Below are positions 40,660 through 51,754 of a stretch of DNA of 64,000 bases, piece after piece. Made by a program: the position numbers and the translations under genes. How positions within the stretch are numbered: the first letter of the stretch is position 1; each line of letters starts with the position of its first letter. The stretch lies in assembly GCA_951406725.2 (NCBI GenBank), contig OX597824.1, positions 56,482,001 through 56,546,000 of the forward strand, in the 5' to 3' direction. This DNA comes from Octopus vulgaris. Taxonomy: Eukaryota. Under the pieces are notes generated by a model. That model saw only the letters and a program-made list of their open reading frames with translations. It did not search any database and was not told the origin of the DNA.

Positions 40660-41452
40660 GAAGCTGCTTGGCACAAATTTACCTTGATTTCTGCTGTGCA
40701 TGCACACTAAGTTTTAACATTCTAGCTCACTTCTGCTGTTTACAGCAGTGCTTGGAAGGAAGATGTGTAGTATGTGATTGTCACATTGACCATGACAGAG
40801 AAAGTTGAGCAGAGAATCTGCATCAAATTTTGCCAAAATCTTGGCAATACCTGCTCAGAGGCCTATGCAAAGTTTTCAAAAAGTTTTCATCATTCTCGAC
40901 ACAATCAAGGAGATCTTGTACAACTGAAACTTGAGGTTATCTTTTTGGTCGTCTGAGAGCAGTTTTTGGCACAAACTTGGCAGACATGCATCTCATACCC
41001 CAATATCTAATGATTATGAACTGAACTGAATGGTAACTAATCTGCATATCCTCTGATAACTCACGGTTGGTGAGTCATTAATTTCCCCTCACAGCTGCAT
41101 GCATGTCTGCAATGTTTTCCTCGATTCTGCTTACTGCAAGTCTCCCAGAACGTTCGTCAATATCGACATATTGTCAGCCATCTTGGAAACATCTGAACCA
41201 CTCGTATACTTGTGTGTGGCTCATACACTTCTCTTTATACACAACTTTGCATAGACCTCTGAACAGGTATCATCATGATAATTTTCTCTGTCATGGTCAA
41301 TGTGACAATCACACTCTACACACCTTCCTTCTAAGCACTGCTGTAAACAGAGTAAGTGAGCTAGAGTTCAAGGTCAATGTGTGCAAAGTGGCTTCACTCT
41401 GCATGCTTTAGCATGTAGCAACAGTCTGGATACTTATTGATCAGACCTTGCA
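40660..41452. mobile_element. Mariner-derived element with two left ends in inverted orientation
   Basis: ~40700-40808 is an inverted repeat of ~41280-41400; MTEKVEQRICIKFC N-terminus. Confidence 0.65.
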
Positions 41453-42332
41453 TATGTATCTGTGTTTTGAACATTTGTGCTTCTCTAAAGAGTATTGAGC
41501 TACACGCATTGACTTTGTTATCATTTTTCTTTTTCCTCACACTTTTGATGGAATAAGATAACCCTGACTTCAAAAATAAATAAAGTTTAGTGATGCCTCA
41601 ATGATATATTCATGTAATCCACAATTGCATGGAGAAACAAGTATGAAAAAGAGCAGATGTGTGTATGTGTGTGTTAGTATTTTGCTTAGCTAGTTAGTTC
41701 ATTTTGAAATTTTGCATTTCTAATATATTGTACTCTATTAGTTTTTAAGTGTCATTTGTACTAGATGCAGATTACATAATGAGGTCTAGCCATTGGTATT
41801 ATTATTTGAAATCTGTCCAACTTGATTGAAGTGTAATTATTTTGACTGATGTGCTGAGATATTTTAAACATTCTGAGTGGAACTTTTGACTGAAATGCTG
41901 AGATATTTTTAAGTGGAACTTTAATGTTGAGCAAGAAGATCAAGCCACTCCCTGCTTTTATCACTTATTGAGTGTTTTTTTTTTATTATTGTTTCATTAC
42001 CAAAATATTGTGTGTTTATATGAAGTTCTCACAAATAACGTTGTTGATTGTATTTGTGAGAATATTTTTTCAAGCAACTCCTTTTTTAGATGCTTTATAG
42101 TGTATATTTTCTAGTTAGTTTGTTTACGGTTAATGCAACGCTACTTATTATGTTTCCTATTTGGAAATAGATAAAATTATTTAGCTTTTAAAGTAGGGAT
42201 ATATAATGATAAAACCGTCACTTATAACTTACTTAAGTGTTATCTTTATACGTAAGTCCTAACTACACCTATATAAATGCCATAGAGAAATATACTTTCT
42301 GGAATGCTAACGAACATAACCGAGCATGTATG

Positions 42333-42695
42333 TTAAATATATTTTCGTGTTCTTTTAACCGCTATAAAAAAATAACAGACTGGAATTGTTAGCCCGTCTC
42401 TTGTAATTTCGATCAATTGTATCTTGTCCTCCCTCTTGTATAGAAGTGTGGCTACAATCCAGCCTACCTCTACTTCGGGAGGGGTGGGGGCATTTAAAAT
42501 GTTTTTCCGGGACGTCCTACGTCCCAGATATAAAGGTAAAAATAGAATATTTCCTCTTTGCAAGTTCGAGTTGAGTACTCCCTTGCACGCTCCGTTGACT
42601 CGAACCTTGCTTCTATTGTGGCGAATTTACCGCCTCTGATTAGATACCTTCCATAGTCGCACCAAGACACTTTTCAAAGGTGCTTTCCTCCATGT
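42333..42695 (-). pseudogene. Old degenerate ORF1 relic (C), downstream part
   Basis: Frameshifted translation MEESTFEKCLGATM..IRGGKFATIEARF..ILFLPLYLGRRTS..PPEVEVGWIVATLL aligns by eye to the ORF1 of A and B. Confidence 0.75.
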
Positions 42696-42941
42696 TGTTT
42701 TATTATTACCCACAAGGGGCGAACACAGATGGGACAATACATTCTGATGATGGGGTCAGACAAACGAATGGGTTTTTACAATAAATCGGGTTTAAAAATT
42801 TTCATGAATAACAATAAATGGACAAAAATCGAGTGATAGGACAGACCGGAAGACATTACGGGTGGAGTGGGTGCGGGTTTAGCTCGGACCCCACGAGCCC
42901 CGCCTCCCCACTGATACTTTTGGTTGCACTTGGTATTACAT

Positions 42942-45900
42942 TTATGTTGTAACTTTCATTCGCAACTTCCGTGCTACATCCTTCCATCGTTCTTCATACG
43001 CTCTCCTAGTCAGGCATATTCTCTCCAGCCCTATCTTCCTTTTCAGGTGAAAGATGAAATAATTCATCAAACCAGGGCCGGAGATGAACTTGCCTGACTG
43101 TAAACCTTTCATTCTCGTCTTCCATATCACCTCTTTCGCGATTGCTACTACAACGAGAAAACGAAACTTACCTTCATTCACGAGGAAATCCGGTGGGTCA
43201 ATTTTTGTAATCGACTCAGTCGACAGCTGTACTCTTCGTGTACCTGACAACAGGTGTTCGGCATAAACCCACACCTCAGACACGTCCGGACAATGAACAA
43301 TCGCGTGCGGGACGGTTTCCCTATCCCGCCCGCATCTTGGACATATCGGACTGTCTTGGCCACCGTGCCTTGCGAGTTTATCCCGAACAGGTAGAGCTCC
43401 TCTGTAGCATTGCCATGCCAGAGACTTCTGGAAGTTGTCCAGTGTCCTTGGCTCGAACGTACGTCGGAACAGACTGGCCAGCTGATTATCGTCGAGACCT
43501 AGGGTTTCCCCCAAGGTATCTTCACATTCCGCCTCTACCAACCCTCTATAGAAGAAAGTGGTGGAACCCCCACCGCAGGCGTTGCCCGAGCGACGGAATA
43601 GCAGGAGAGCCTTGCGACACTCCGTGTACCAAGTACCAAGTTTCGATCTACGATTCAGCCAGGTTTCCCATCCACCGAAACTAGTGAACTTGGGAAACAT
43701 CAGTTTTGCTAGCGAAGACCACACCCGTTCACCATCCAGGTAGAGCCACAGATGTCTTAACCTCAGCGCATGTCTGCGCATCATCAGCCAAGGCATCCCT
43801 AGCCCACCCTTTAACGGTTGTTGACAGCAAGTAGAGCGTTTCACAAGTGGTTTCCCGCCCTTCCACAAGAAGTAGAAGAGCTGTCTTTCCAACTTGATCA
43901 ACCACGAATCAGGGCAAGGAACGACGGAAAGGCGGTAGGTGATAACCGATGCGATAAACACATTGGCCACCTCCGCCCTCCCTTTCAGGGATAGCCACCG
44001 CCAAGACCAGGTCTTGGCTACTGCAGCCACCTTGCTCGTTACCTCGCCCCAATTCTTCTCTATTTGGAGGTCTGGACCGAACCAGACCCCTAGCAGTTTA
44101 ATCGGACCCTCCGTCCAACGTCCCACGACGCTGTCAGGAGGCATCGACTTGCCTCTCCAGGTGCCGAGTTGCAAGCCGACTGACTTTTCGCGATTAACTT
44201 TTGCTCCTGTCACCGTCTCGTACACCTCTATGGCCTTGCCTACTTTACATAGGTGGTCCATTTCGGTTACGATGATGGTGATGTCATCCGCGTACGCTGA
44301 CACTGATTTTCCATTACCTGGCTGTCTCGGGATGCCGCTCAGTTTTCGCAGTAATGGCTCAAGAGCCATCACGTACAAAAGCGGGGAGAGCGGACACCCT
44401 TGACGAACCGAGCGTTTGATTTTGAACGGCTTCGACAAGAAGCCGTTCACCCGAACTACCGAGTCGATGTTATCATAAATTTCGATAATCCACCTGAGGA
44501 ATCCAAGGCTCAGCCCGAACTGTGCCAGGGCAGATACCAGGTAACGATGGTCGACCCTATCAAAAGCTTTAGATTGGTCTAAATGGACCAGTGCCCCACC
44601 CTTGCCAGAATCACTATTAAACCCCTCTATAGTGTACCGCATTAGATGGAGATTATCCTGAATGGATCTGCCCGGAACGGCACATGTCTGTGCCCCTCCG
44701 ATCAGACCATCCGCGACACGCGCCAATCTTTTCGATAACACTTTGGCCAAAATCTTCAACTCTGTGTTTAGCAGAGTGATGGGCCTGAAATTATCAATGC
44801 ACTCCCCCTTGCTCGGGTCCTTTCTGACGAGAGTCACTACTCCCCGGCGCACAGATCTGGGTATAAGCCCGTTCTGCTGCCAGTTCGCGTAGACCTCCGC
44901 CAGTAGGTGCCCGAACAAGTCTGGCATACTCTTATATAACTCATAGGGTAGACCATCCAAACCCGGCGCCTTGCCCGCGCCGCAGTCCGCCATTGCCTCA
45001 ACCACCTCCTCAGGCGTGATTGGCCCTTCACAGCCCTCCGCATCTCGCCCCGATAAGCGCGGCAGACCGTCGAGTAGGTCCGTAAAGGCCCTCCTCCTAT
45101 CCAGTCCGCCGCACTCACCGAAAAGCTGAGCGAAGTGCTCCTGAAAGGCCTCACACATCTCCTCGGGTTCGTTTATCAACTCACCTTGTTGGTTCGTCAA
45201 AGATCGAATCGTGGCATCGTTACCATGCTGAGCTTCCACCACTCGGGCCCATCTCACGGCGTTGATTCCTTCACATCCCATATGACGGATTCTAGCCCTG
45301 ACAATGCAGCCCATGTGTTTGGCCTCGAGGTGCTGGTTTAACACCAGTCTCTTGGCCGCCACCTGAGCCGCAGAGCCAGTTTTCATGGCTTCCTCTAATT
45401 CCTTAACTAGAGTAGTTTCCCTTCTAGCCTCTCTAGCCACTACTCCTATGCTATATCTAATAGACTCAAACTTGATGGCTCGTTTGAGGGCGTACCACCA
45501 TTTGTTATTAATGATGGTACCAGATAGTGCCCTCTGAATTATATTCCTAATCCGGTCTTTGTACTCCTTAATCGCCAAAAGGGACGTATTAAGTTTCCAG
45601 TAACCGGATCCTCTATTTTTAACCTTATCTATGTCAAGCTTACAAGTGACCATTTTATGATCACTGTAGCTGATCGGGTAAAACTGTGGACACTTAGCTA
45701 TTTTACTGTCTACTTTTCTAATTAGTATTCTATCTAGATACGACCTGGAAGATCCGTCGCTGTTTGACCATGTCCACAATGGAGCGTTCGGAAATTCCAG
45801 CCTATAAGGATCTGCTAGCTCAAAGCGGCTTAGCAGTTCCATGAAGCCACTGTTGCCTTTTCTATCTGGACACGAGCCAACATAATCTACATCCGCTTTG

Positions 45901-46337
45901 CAAATTGTGTTAAAGTCTCCTAGCACCACTAATGAATGCGAAGTACCAAGAAAGTTTTCTAGTTCACGAAAATAATCACTTTGCCCTGTATGGTTGGGTG
46001 CGTAAATTGCAACCAGTCTGATAACTTTACCATTACTGAACGTCAAATCCATGACGACCAGCCTACCTTCTGGATCTGCAAAAATTAACTTTTTCTCAGA
46101 AACCCGGTTTCTTTTTAATAGGACCAACACCCCACTCCCGCCTGTAGGACTGCCAGGAGAGAAAAAACTCTCGTAGCCGTCAAACAGCGGGAGTAGACCT
46201 CTTGGCCCCTCTAGCCGGGTTTCTGTAGCAACAATAACATCTAAATTACGCGACCTGATATCATGCAGGAAGCGACCTTGCTTCCAGCCTGCTCCCAGGC
46301 CGCGCACATTTAAACAACCAACATAAATGTAATCCAT
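42942..46337 (-). CDS. LINE ORF2: APE endonuclease, reverse transcriptase and C-terminal CCHC; uninterrupted 1131 aa
   Basis: APE motifs LNVRGL, ATET, IYAPN, GDFN, LDRIL, SDHK, WKLN. RT motifs KAPGLDG, RPITLLN, DQSKAFDRV, VRQGCPLSP, YADD. C-terminal CPRC...ETVPHAIVHC. Confidence 0.96.
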   Translation of the reverse strand: MDYIYVGCLNVRGLGAGWKQGRFLHDIRSRNLDVIVATETRLEGPRGLLPLFDGYESFFSPGSPTGGSGVLVLLKRNRVSEKKLIFADPEGRLVVMDLTFSNGKVIRLVAIYAPNHTGQSDYFRELENFLGTSHSLVVLGDFNTICKADVDYVGSCPDRKGNSGFMELLSRFELADPYRLEFPNAPLWTWSNSDGSSRSYLDRILIRKVDSKIAKCPQFYPISYSDHKMVTCKLDIDKVKNRGSGYWKLNTSLLAIKEYKDRIRNIIQRALSGTIINNKWWYALKRAIKFESIRYSIGVVAREARRETTLVKELEEAMKTGSAAQVAAKRLVLNQHLEAKHMGCIVRARIRHMGCEGINAVRWARVVEAQHGNDATIRSLTNQQGELINEPEEMCEAFQEHFAQLFGECGGLDRRRAFTDLLDGLPRLSGRDAEGCEGPITPEEVVEAMADCGAGKAPGLDGLPYELYKSMPDLFGHLLAEVYANWQQNGLIPRSVRRGVVTLVRKDPSKGECIDNFRPITLLNTELKILAKVLSKRLARVADGLIGGAQTCAVPGRSIQDNLHLMRYTIEGFNSDSGKGGALVHLDQSKAFDRVDHRYLVSALAQFGLSLGFLRWIIEIYDNIDSVVRVNGFLSKPFKIKRSVRQGCPLSPLLYVMALEPLLRKLSGIPRQPGNGKSVSAYADDITIIVTEMDHLCKVGKAIEVYETVTGAKVNREKSVGLQLGTWRGKSMPPDSVVGRWTEGPIKLLGVWFGPDLQIEKNWGEVTSKVAAVAKTWSWRWLSLKGRAEVANVFIASVITYRLSVVPCPDSWLIKLERQLFYFLWKGGKPLVKRSTCCQQPLKGGLGMPWLMMRRHALRLRHLWLYLDGERVWSSLAKLMFPKFTSFGGWETWLNRRSKLGTWYTECRKALLLFRRSGNACGGGSTTFFYRGLVEAECEDTLGETLGLDDNQLASLFRRTFEPRTLDNFQKSLAWQCYRGALPVRDKLARHGGQDSPICPRCGRDRETVPHAIVHCPDVSEVWVYAEHLLSGTRRVQLSTESITKIDPPDFLVNEGKFRFLVVVAIAKEVIWKTRMKGLQSGKFISGPGLMNYFIFHLKRKIGLERICLTRRAYEERWKDVARKLRMKVTT

Positions 46338-46346
46338 TACTTACCT

Positions 46347-47727
46347 TTATATCAGTGGTTCGGTTTTTTCTTCTTCTTCCTTCTCTTTTTCTGGGCCTCG
46401 TGGGGGAGTCTGACGTAGGCCCTCGAATATATGTGGAGATGTTACATCCAACCTAAGTGGGCCTACGTCATGGAAGAATTCTGACTTTATCCGCCCGTAA
46501 TCCTTCCGGTCTATTTTGTAAATTGCAAAGTCATTTTTTTTTCTACTCTCTTCACATTGGCCATGGCTGCCAACACGTTTCCGAGTCTGCTATTTGATGC
46601 TTTTACGGCCATATATGAGTTTATTGACTCTTTTTTCTTTTTTAAAATTACTCTGGGAGGGGTGGTTTCCGTTTTTCTTTTTTTTTTTTTCCGATAATTT
46701 TTGCCCACCCCTCCTCATTTATCTTTTCTTCGCTCTTTTTTCCCTCCGCCGCTGGTTCTGCTGTTACCATCACCTCCACACCTTCAGTCTTCCCATCTGG
46801 GCCGTCTGACGCTGCTTCTGGTGACACATTGTCTTCTTTTCCTTTTGGCTTAGGTGCTTCCTGCGGTTTGGGTTGGGGCTGGCATTCCGCCCTTACATGC
46901 CCCTTCTTACCGCAGCCGAAGCACCTCGGCTTTCTGCCCTCTACGAAGACTGTGACTCTTTCATCTTCGCTTATCCTAAGAGTCTCTGGGATCTCTTCCA
47001 GGGTTTGTACTTCTGCTTGTATGGCTATTATTATCTTTTGCCCTTTCCAGAATTCTTCTTCTTCTACGGTGGCCTGGAGGATGTTTATTTTTTCCTCCAG
47101 GCCTACCATAACTGCTGCCACTAGGACTTCGGCATCCGCTTCTGGCGGGATGTTGTTCATAGTGATTTTGGAAGTTCTCTTGCCTTTATACAGGGGTAGG
47201 AGAACAATATCCTCCGCTTTTATGGGTTCCATGGATAGCTTCTTCGCTACCTCCTCTGACGTGAATCTCACCTCCACTGTGCCGTATTTCTTCCCTCGAT
47301 TGATATACGTAATTTTATCCATTATTGGCTTTAAGCAGTTTTCAATCTTTTTCTCCTCTATTTTTTGGATTGCTCTGTTTGTTATACTGAATGTCTTATA
47401 GATTATTCTCCTATTCGAAATATCCTCCTGTATTTTGGCGTTTGAAGCCACGGTTACTTCCGTGCCCTCTTTTGACACACAGTCTGCATGTTTTCCCAGG
47501 TTGTCCACGTTAATTTTTTTAATTTTCTTCCCAGCCACTTCAGCGAATTTTTTTGCTGGAGTTGATGCTGGTACTGGTTTTACCATTTTCTTGGGCGACG
47601 CCGCCTCTTTTTTCTTCGGCGACAGCGCCTCTTTTTTTCTTGGCGACAACGCCTCTTTTTTACTTGGCGACAACGCCGGGTATTCATCCTCGCTCGTCAC
47701 GGGCGAATAAGTGATGGGGGACTCCAT
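46347..47727 (-). CDS. LINE ORF1 (zinc-knuckle nucleic-acid-binding protein), with two apparent frameshifts in A-runs
   Basis: ATG at 47727 (MESP...); knuckle CFGCGKKGHVRAEC. The reading frame can be continued across homopolymers at ~46678-46690 and ~46534-46542 to a TAA at 46347-46349, 9 nt before the ORF2 ATG. Confidence 0.8.
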
Positions 47728-47957
47728 TTTGAACAAATGGCTTTAACAAGCCTTTGGTAATCTAAATTGATTGTAGTTTTCCCCCACTGAGGGGGGAACA
47801 CCAACGCGAAGTCTTCGCGCGAAGGTTGACTTCGTCCGTTAGACAACAATGGACAAAAAAAGGTAGACCAACAGTATATAATAACAGAGATAAGTAGTAT
47901 GAGAGCAAAAATATATATCAACTTACTAATAACGCAATAAATTGATTTCCTCCATGT

Positions 47958-49710
47958 GATTTTATTACTACCCACAAGGGGCGAACATAGAGGGGACAAT
48001 ACAATCGGGGAACTTAAAATAAGAAAGCGAAATGACAAGAAGGGAAAAAATAAAAATAAAAATGACAAATGAAAGAATATTTACAATGAGATGCAAATGC
48101 CCACTCGATCCCCGGAATCGAGAGGTTACATTTTCGTCACATATAGTTCACAATTTTTTTTTTCTTTTTTCTCTTCTTTCTTCTCTCTCCTCTCACAATC
48201 TCACACGTATTCCATAATACCTTTCAAGTCTCTAAAGTCAATCACTGAGCCCTCAGGCAGCCGCTCTTTCATTCGAACACCCGTGTAAAAAATTACACTC
48301 TCTCCAGCTGCTCTGAGGAACTCAGCGACTCTTTCTTCGGGGATCAGAGCAGTCTCCTGCCACTGATCAGTCATCCTGTTGACCCACACATGTCCCTCCA
48401 TACTACATGTCAATTCCTTCATTTCGGGGCTGAAATGGAAGGTTATTAACTTGTAGTAATCTTGTTTCCGTCCTACGTTTTCTCTCGTTTTTCTTTTCGG
48501 GCTTACTTCTTCCTTGTTCTCCTCTCTTTGTTTCTCTCTTTCTCTCTTTTTGCCTTCTTTTCTTTCTCCTTCCTTCTCTTGTCTTTTTGGTTCTTTCTCT
48601 CGTGTTTTATGTTCCTTTTCTTTTTCCTTTTGTGTGCCGTCTTTTCTTTTCGTTTGATTCTGATCTCTCTCTTGTTTTTTTCCTGTTGTTTCTTTTTCCT
48701 TTTTCTTTTCCTGACTCTGTTTTGGTTCTATTTCTTTCTTTTCTTTTATTTCTTTTTCCTTCGTTGACTTATTATTTCCTTTCTCTTGTTGTTTTGTTTC
48801 CTTTTCTATGTTTTCTTTTTCATTTACCGTATTCTTCTTTTCGAGTTCCTGCTCGCACTCCGCTACGAATTCGTATAACGGGCACTCTTTTTTAATGTGC
48901 CCCCTTGTCCCGCACAAGTAGCAGTTTGGCTTTCTTCCCTCTACAATTACACTGAGGGTTTTCTCGTCTTCGATTTCTATTCTATAGGGGAACCTTTCAA
49001 TGTCCTCTTTTGTGGCCATCAAACACAGTTCTACCCCATATCCTCTCCAATTTACTGCGTTGGACTCCTTAAAGGATTCCACCTCCACTTCCTCTTCTGC
49101 TGCTCCTAGAATAGCTGTTGCCAGCCATTCTGTTTTTACTTCTGGGGGTATATTCGGGATTTTAACCCGGACCCCTCTTCTTCCCTTGTATGAGGGCCAC
49201 ATTATAAATGTTTCCGCTCTTAGAACAGTGGTAGCCAGTGAGGCTGCAATTTCTTCCGTTGCACATCTCACCTCCACCGTACCAAATTTTTTTCCTCTAC
49301 TCACGTAGGTCGATTTATCCATTATGTCTCCCAGACATTTTTCGATCTCTGCTATCTCCACTCTTGCCAGTTTCTTTGTACTTTTGTCCTGGGTTCTATA
49401 CGTTACAGTCTTGTTTTCTTTGTCCTCTTTTGCTTTCGCGGGGGGATTAGCTTCACGCTATCACCCTCCCTTTTGAATAGCTTTTCATATTCTTTGATTT
49501 TACTTTTCTCAAAGAAAACATCCTTCACGATTATCGACGAATCATTATTTTTCTTTCCCGTGACCCCCGCGTAAGTCGCCATGACTAGAGGGTCAATTCA
49601 CCTTCTTCGGAAGGTTTCCACAGGTGGAGGCAAACGCCTCGCGCGATATTAATCACTTTACACAACAAAATTTCAACTTCTAATCACAGATAACAACACA
49701 CGTGGGTAAA
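47958..49710 (-). mobile_element. ORF1-only non-autonomous retroelement (HAL1-like 'half-LINE'), full-length copy A1
   Basis: Single ORF1-like frame with no EN/RT; 3' tail nearly identical to element B; flanked by ATTTCCTCCATGTG direct repeats (47945-47958, 49710-49723). Confidence 0.85.
48201..49582 (-). CDS. ORF1-like protein of element A1 (~460 aa, one frameshift in a G-run at 49440-49445)
   Basis: ATG at 49582 (MATYAGVTGKK...) joins the 386-aa ORF across the homopolymer. Motifs RGKKFGTVEVR, PSYKGRR, VEGRKPNCYLCGTRGHIKKEC; K/E-rich tail. Confidence 0.8.
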
Positions 49711-49800
49711 TTTCCTCCATGTGTTCAAATATTTTTTTTCCTCTACATTGTATACTTTATAGACAATAGTCTTTTCTGTAATTTAATTTTTTATTATCCA
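49711..49800 (-). pseudogene. Old ORF1 relic (C), upstream part
   Basis: Reads TEKTIVYKVYNVEEKK.FEH-MEE, colinear with NKTVTYRTQDKSTKK (A) and NRRIIYKTFSITNR (B), and continues at 42695 once A and B are removed. Confidence 0.6.
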
Positions 49801-49999
49801 TCTGGACTATTCCATTTCTGCACGGTAATTTTATTTTTAGTTTATTCCCATTCATGTGAAACCACTTATTCAAGTTCAAGTCATTGATGCAATTTTATAC
49901 CAATTGCTATTTTTATTTTTGTTATGTTACAATTATATTATACTTTAGTTTGATTTTAATTATTACTTACTACATATAATTCAATTGTTATTATTATTT

Positions 50000-50269
50000 T
50001 TATTGTCAAAGTGAAAGTATCTGATATAAAATAGAGAAACGTTTTTGTTTCACTTTTAACACGTAATACTGAAATAGTGGAGAAGATATGATATTGCTAT
50101 GGGCTCGCTCTAGGCAAGAAGTTGAACATTTTTTTCCCCATGAAACTACATGAACCCTAAGTAAGGCATGTGTAAAATTTGAATGGAATTGGTTGTGTAG
50201 TTCTCAAGTTTTAAGGAAACACACAGACAGACAGACAGACACACATTCTCAGTTTTATATATATAAAGA
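50000..50269 (-). mobile_element. Helitron 5' fragment
   Basis: Minus strand TCTTTATATATATAAAA..TGTGTGTCTGTCTG, like the 5' ends of the other Helitrons; 3' end not located. Confidence 0.5.
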
Positions 50270-50524
50270 TAATGATGTTACTCTTAAGTTTTTGTTCAGG
50301 TTTTAAGAATTAAATATTACTTAAGAATTAATATATTCCTGCTTATGTTGATAACTGATGTAGCACTTATGTGCTTCTTCAGTTATAAAAACTTTAATTC
50401 AATTGAATTTTAATTCATTTCCATTATTCAACAAGCATAAATATTTATATGTTATTAACATACTTGCTTAATCTTTTTAACAAAAGTGGAATCCATTTTA
50501 ATTTATTTTTTTTATCTATTATAG

Positions 50525-50668
50525 CACAGATTTGGAGCTGATCTCCAACATGAGTTACTGCCAAATTTAAAAAGAGAACTCAGCACTGTCGCATCAACAA
50601 ATTGCGGGAAAGTTGCATACATTTTTGTCAAAAGACTACAGGGAGAGGTGCTGAAAATACTTCAATGA
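50525..50668 (+). CDS. GXYLT1: GXYLT-like last coding exon (absent from the ORF track)
   Basis: T-rich tract plus atAG acceptor at 50523-50524. Phase-0 translation HRFGADLQHELLPNLKRELSTVASTNCGKVAYIFVKRLQGEVLKILQ* resembles the GXYLT C-terminus (LL..L..EL......T.CGK...IF.K.L). Phase matches the donor at 10162. Confidence 0.82.
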   Translation, partial: HRFGADLQHELLPNLKRELSTVASTNCGKVAYIFVKRLQGEVLKILQ

Positions 50669-51754
50669 AAAGACAAAGAAACCATATTCTGTTATTCTTT
50701 TAGTAGTTTCCATAATTTGACTGCAGCCAAGTTTTGTATTTGATCAAATCAATCTCAGTACTATTTTATGAAAAGTTTAAGTTGCCATTTTTGGCACAAA
50801 CGAATGTAACTCAACACACCATTTAACAAATGTAAACATAAATATACATGAACATAGGCACACACAAATACATATATTTATATATATCTTATTATCATCA
50901 ATCGTCATCTAATAGTCTACCACCTTCTCTCTCTCTCTTCCTTTACTCTCTTCTCTTTCACTGTCTTACTCTCACCACAACACTTCTATCACTTCACTAA
51001 AATTCTCTTATGTCTTTTTCAACTGGAGATGAGGCAATTCTCTGATGCAAGGGAACAGAGAAAGACAATATGTGAAGAGGTACCAAAAAGTAACCAGAAA
51101 CTGCAACATCTGCATAAAAAACATCTCTTGTATTAGAAAATATCTGGAGAGATGTTGTAACCAAGATTTCATGTTACCATCAAAGCCACAGAATGGAATT
51201 TTGGAAATTTGAGAACTAAAGAGGCTGTCCTTAATTAAAGCTTGTTCCAGTCATAGATAAGAATTGTGCAGTGATAATTATCTGAACCTACCAATCTGTC
51301 CATGTCACATCACCCTCATTTCCCCATATGTCTGTGCAGATTAGAGCTATGCTTAGTCTCCATTTTGTTTTCATAAGGGCTTTTAAGCTAAAATATTGTA
51401 ATATAAGGTAAAAGTGTAAATATTTTTCACTCCTGTATTTTTAACATACATTATTGTAGCTTTTAAAATCACTTTGAACTCTATTTAATAACCTTTTAAA
51501 CAAATAAACTCCCTAATATTAATGTATATTTTAATAGGAATTAAAAAGATATAATCAATTCATTGAGTTGAAATATTTTTAAAGGCATTTTATATTCATT
51601 TTTTGATTTTTGATTTGGTTTGCAAGATTCTTTATGTGAGTTCGTGTGTTGAAGCATATTCTGTTGTGTCTGAGGAGAGTCATTCTCTTTTAGTGCCTTA
51701 TAATTTAACACGCTCACTGGTAAAATTTCCACTCATTTACTTTTTTATGCCACC

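Larger units (their letters stand above)
42696..47945 (-). mobile_element. Full-length non-LTR retrotransposon, L1/Tx1 clade (element B)
   Basis: ORF1 plus ORF2; bounded by direct repeats TTTCCTCCATGT (42684-42695, 47946-47957). 3' end reads ...GCCCCTTGTGGGTAATAATAAAACA with no poly(A). Confidence 0.93.

Noticed and set aside
42684-42695. snRNA, rRNA or tRNA gene as the Tx1 target
   Set aside because: The flanks do not resemble any RNA gene I recognise and translate as an ORF1 relic.
43084-45341. Antisense ORFs within LINE ORF2
   Set aside because: Shadow frames of a GC-richer coding sequence.
42110-50269. A single Helitron enclosing the whole LINE cluster (CTAG at ~42111, TC at 50269)
   Set aside because: No convincing subterminal hairpin and no A|T junction at the CTAG.
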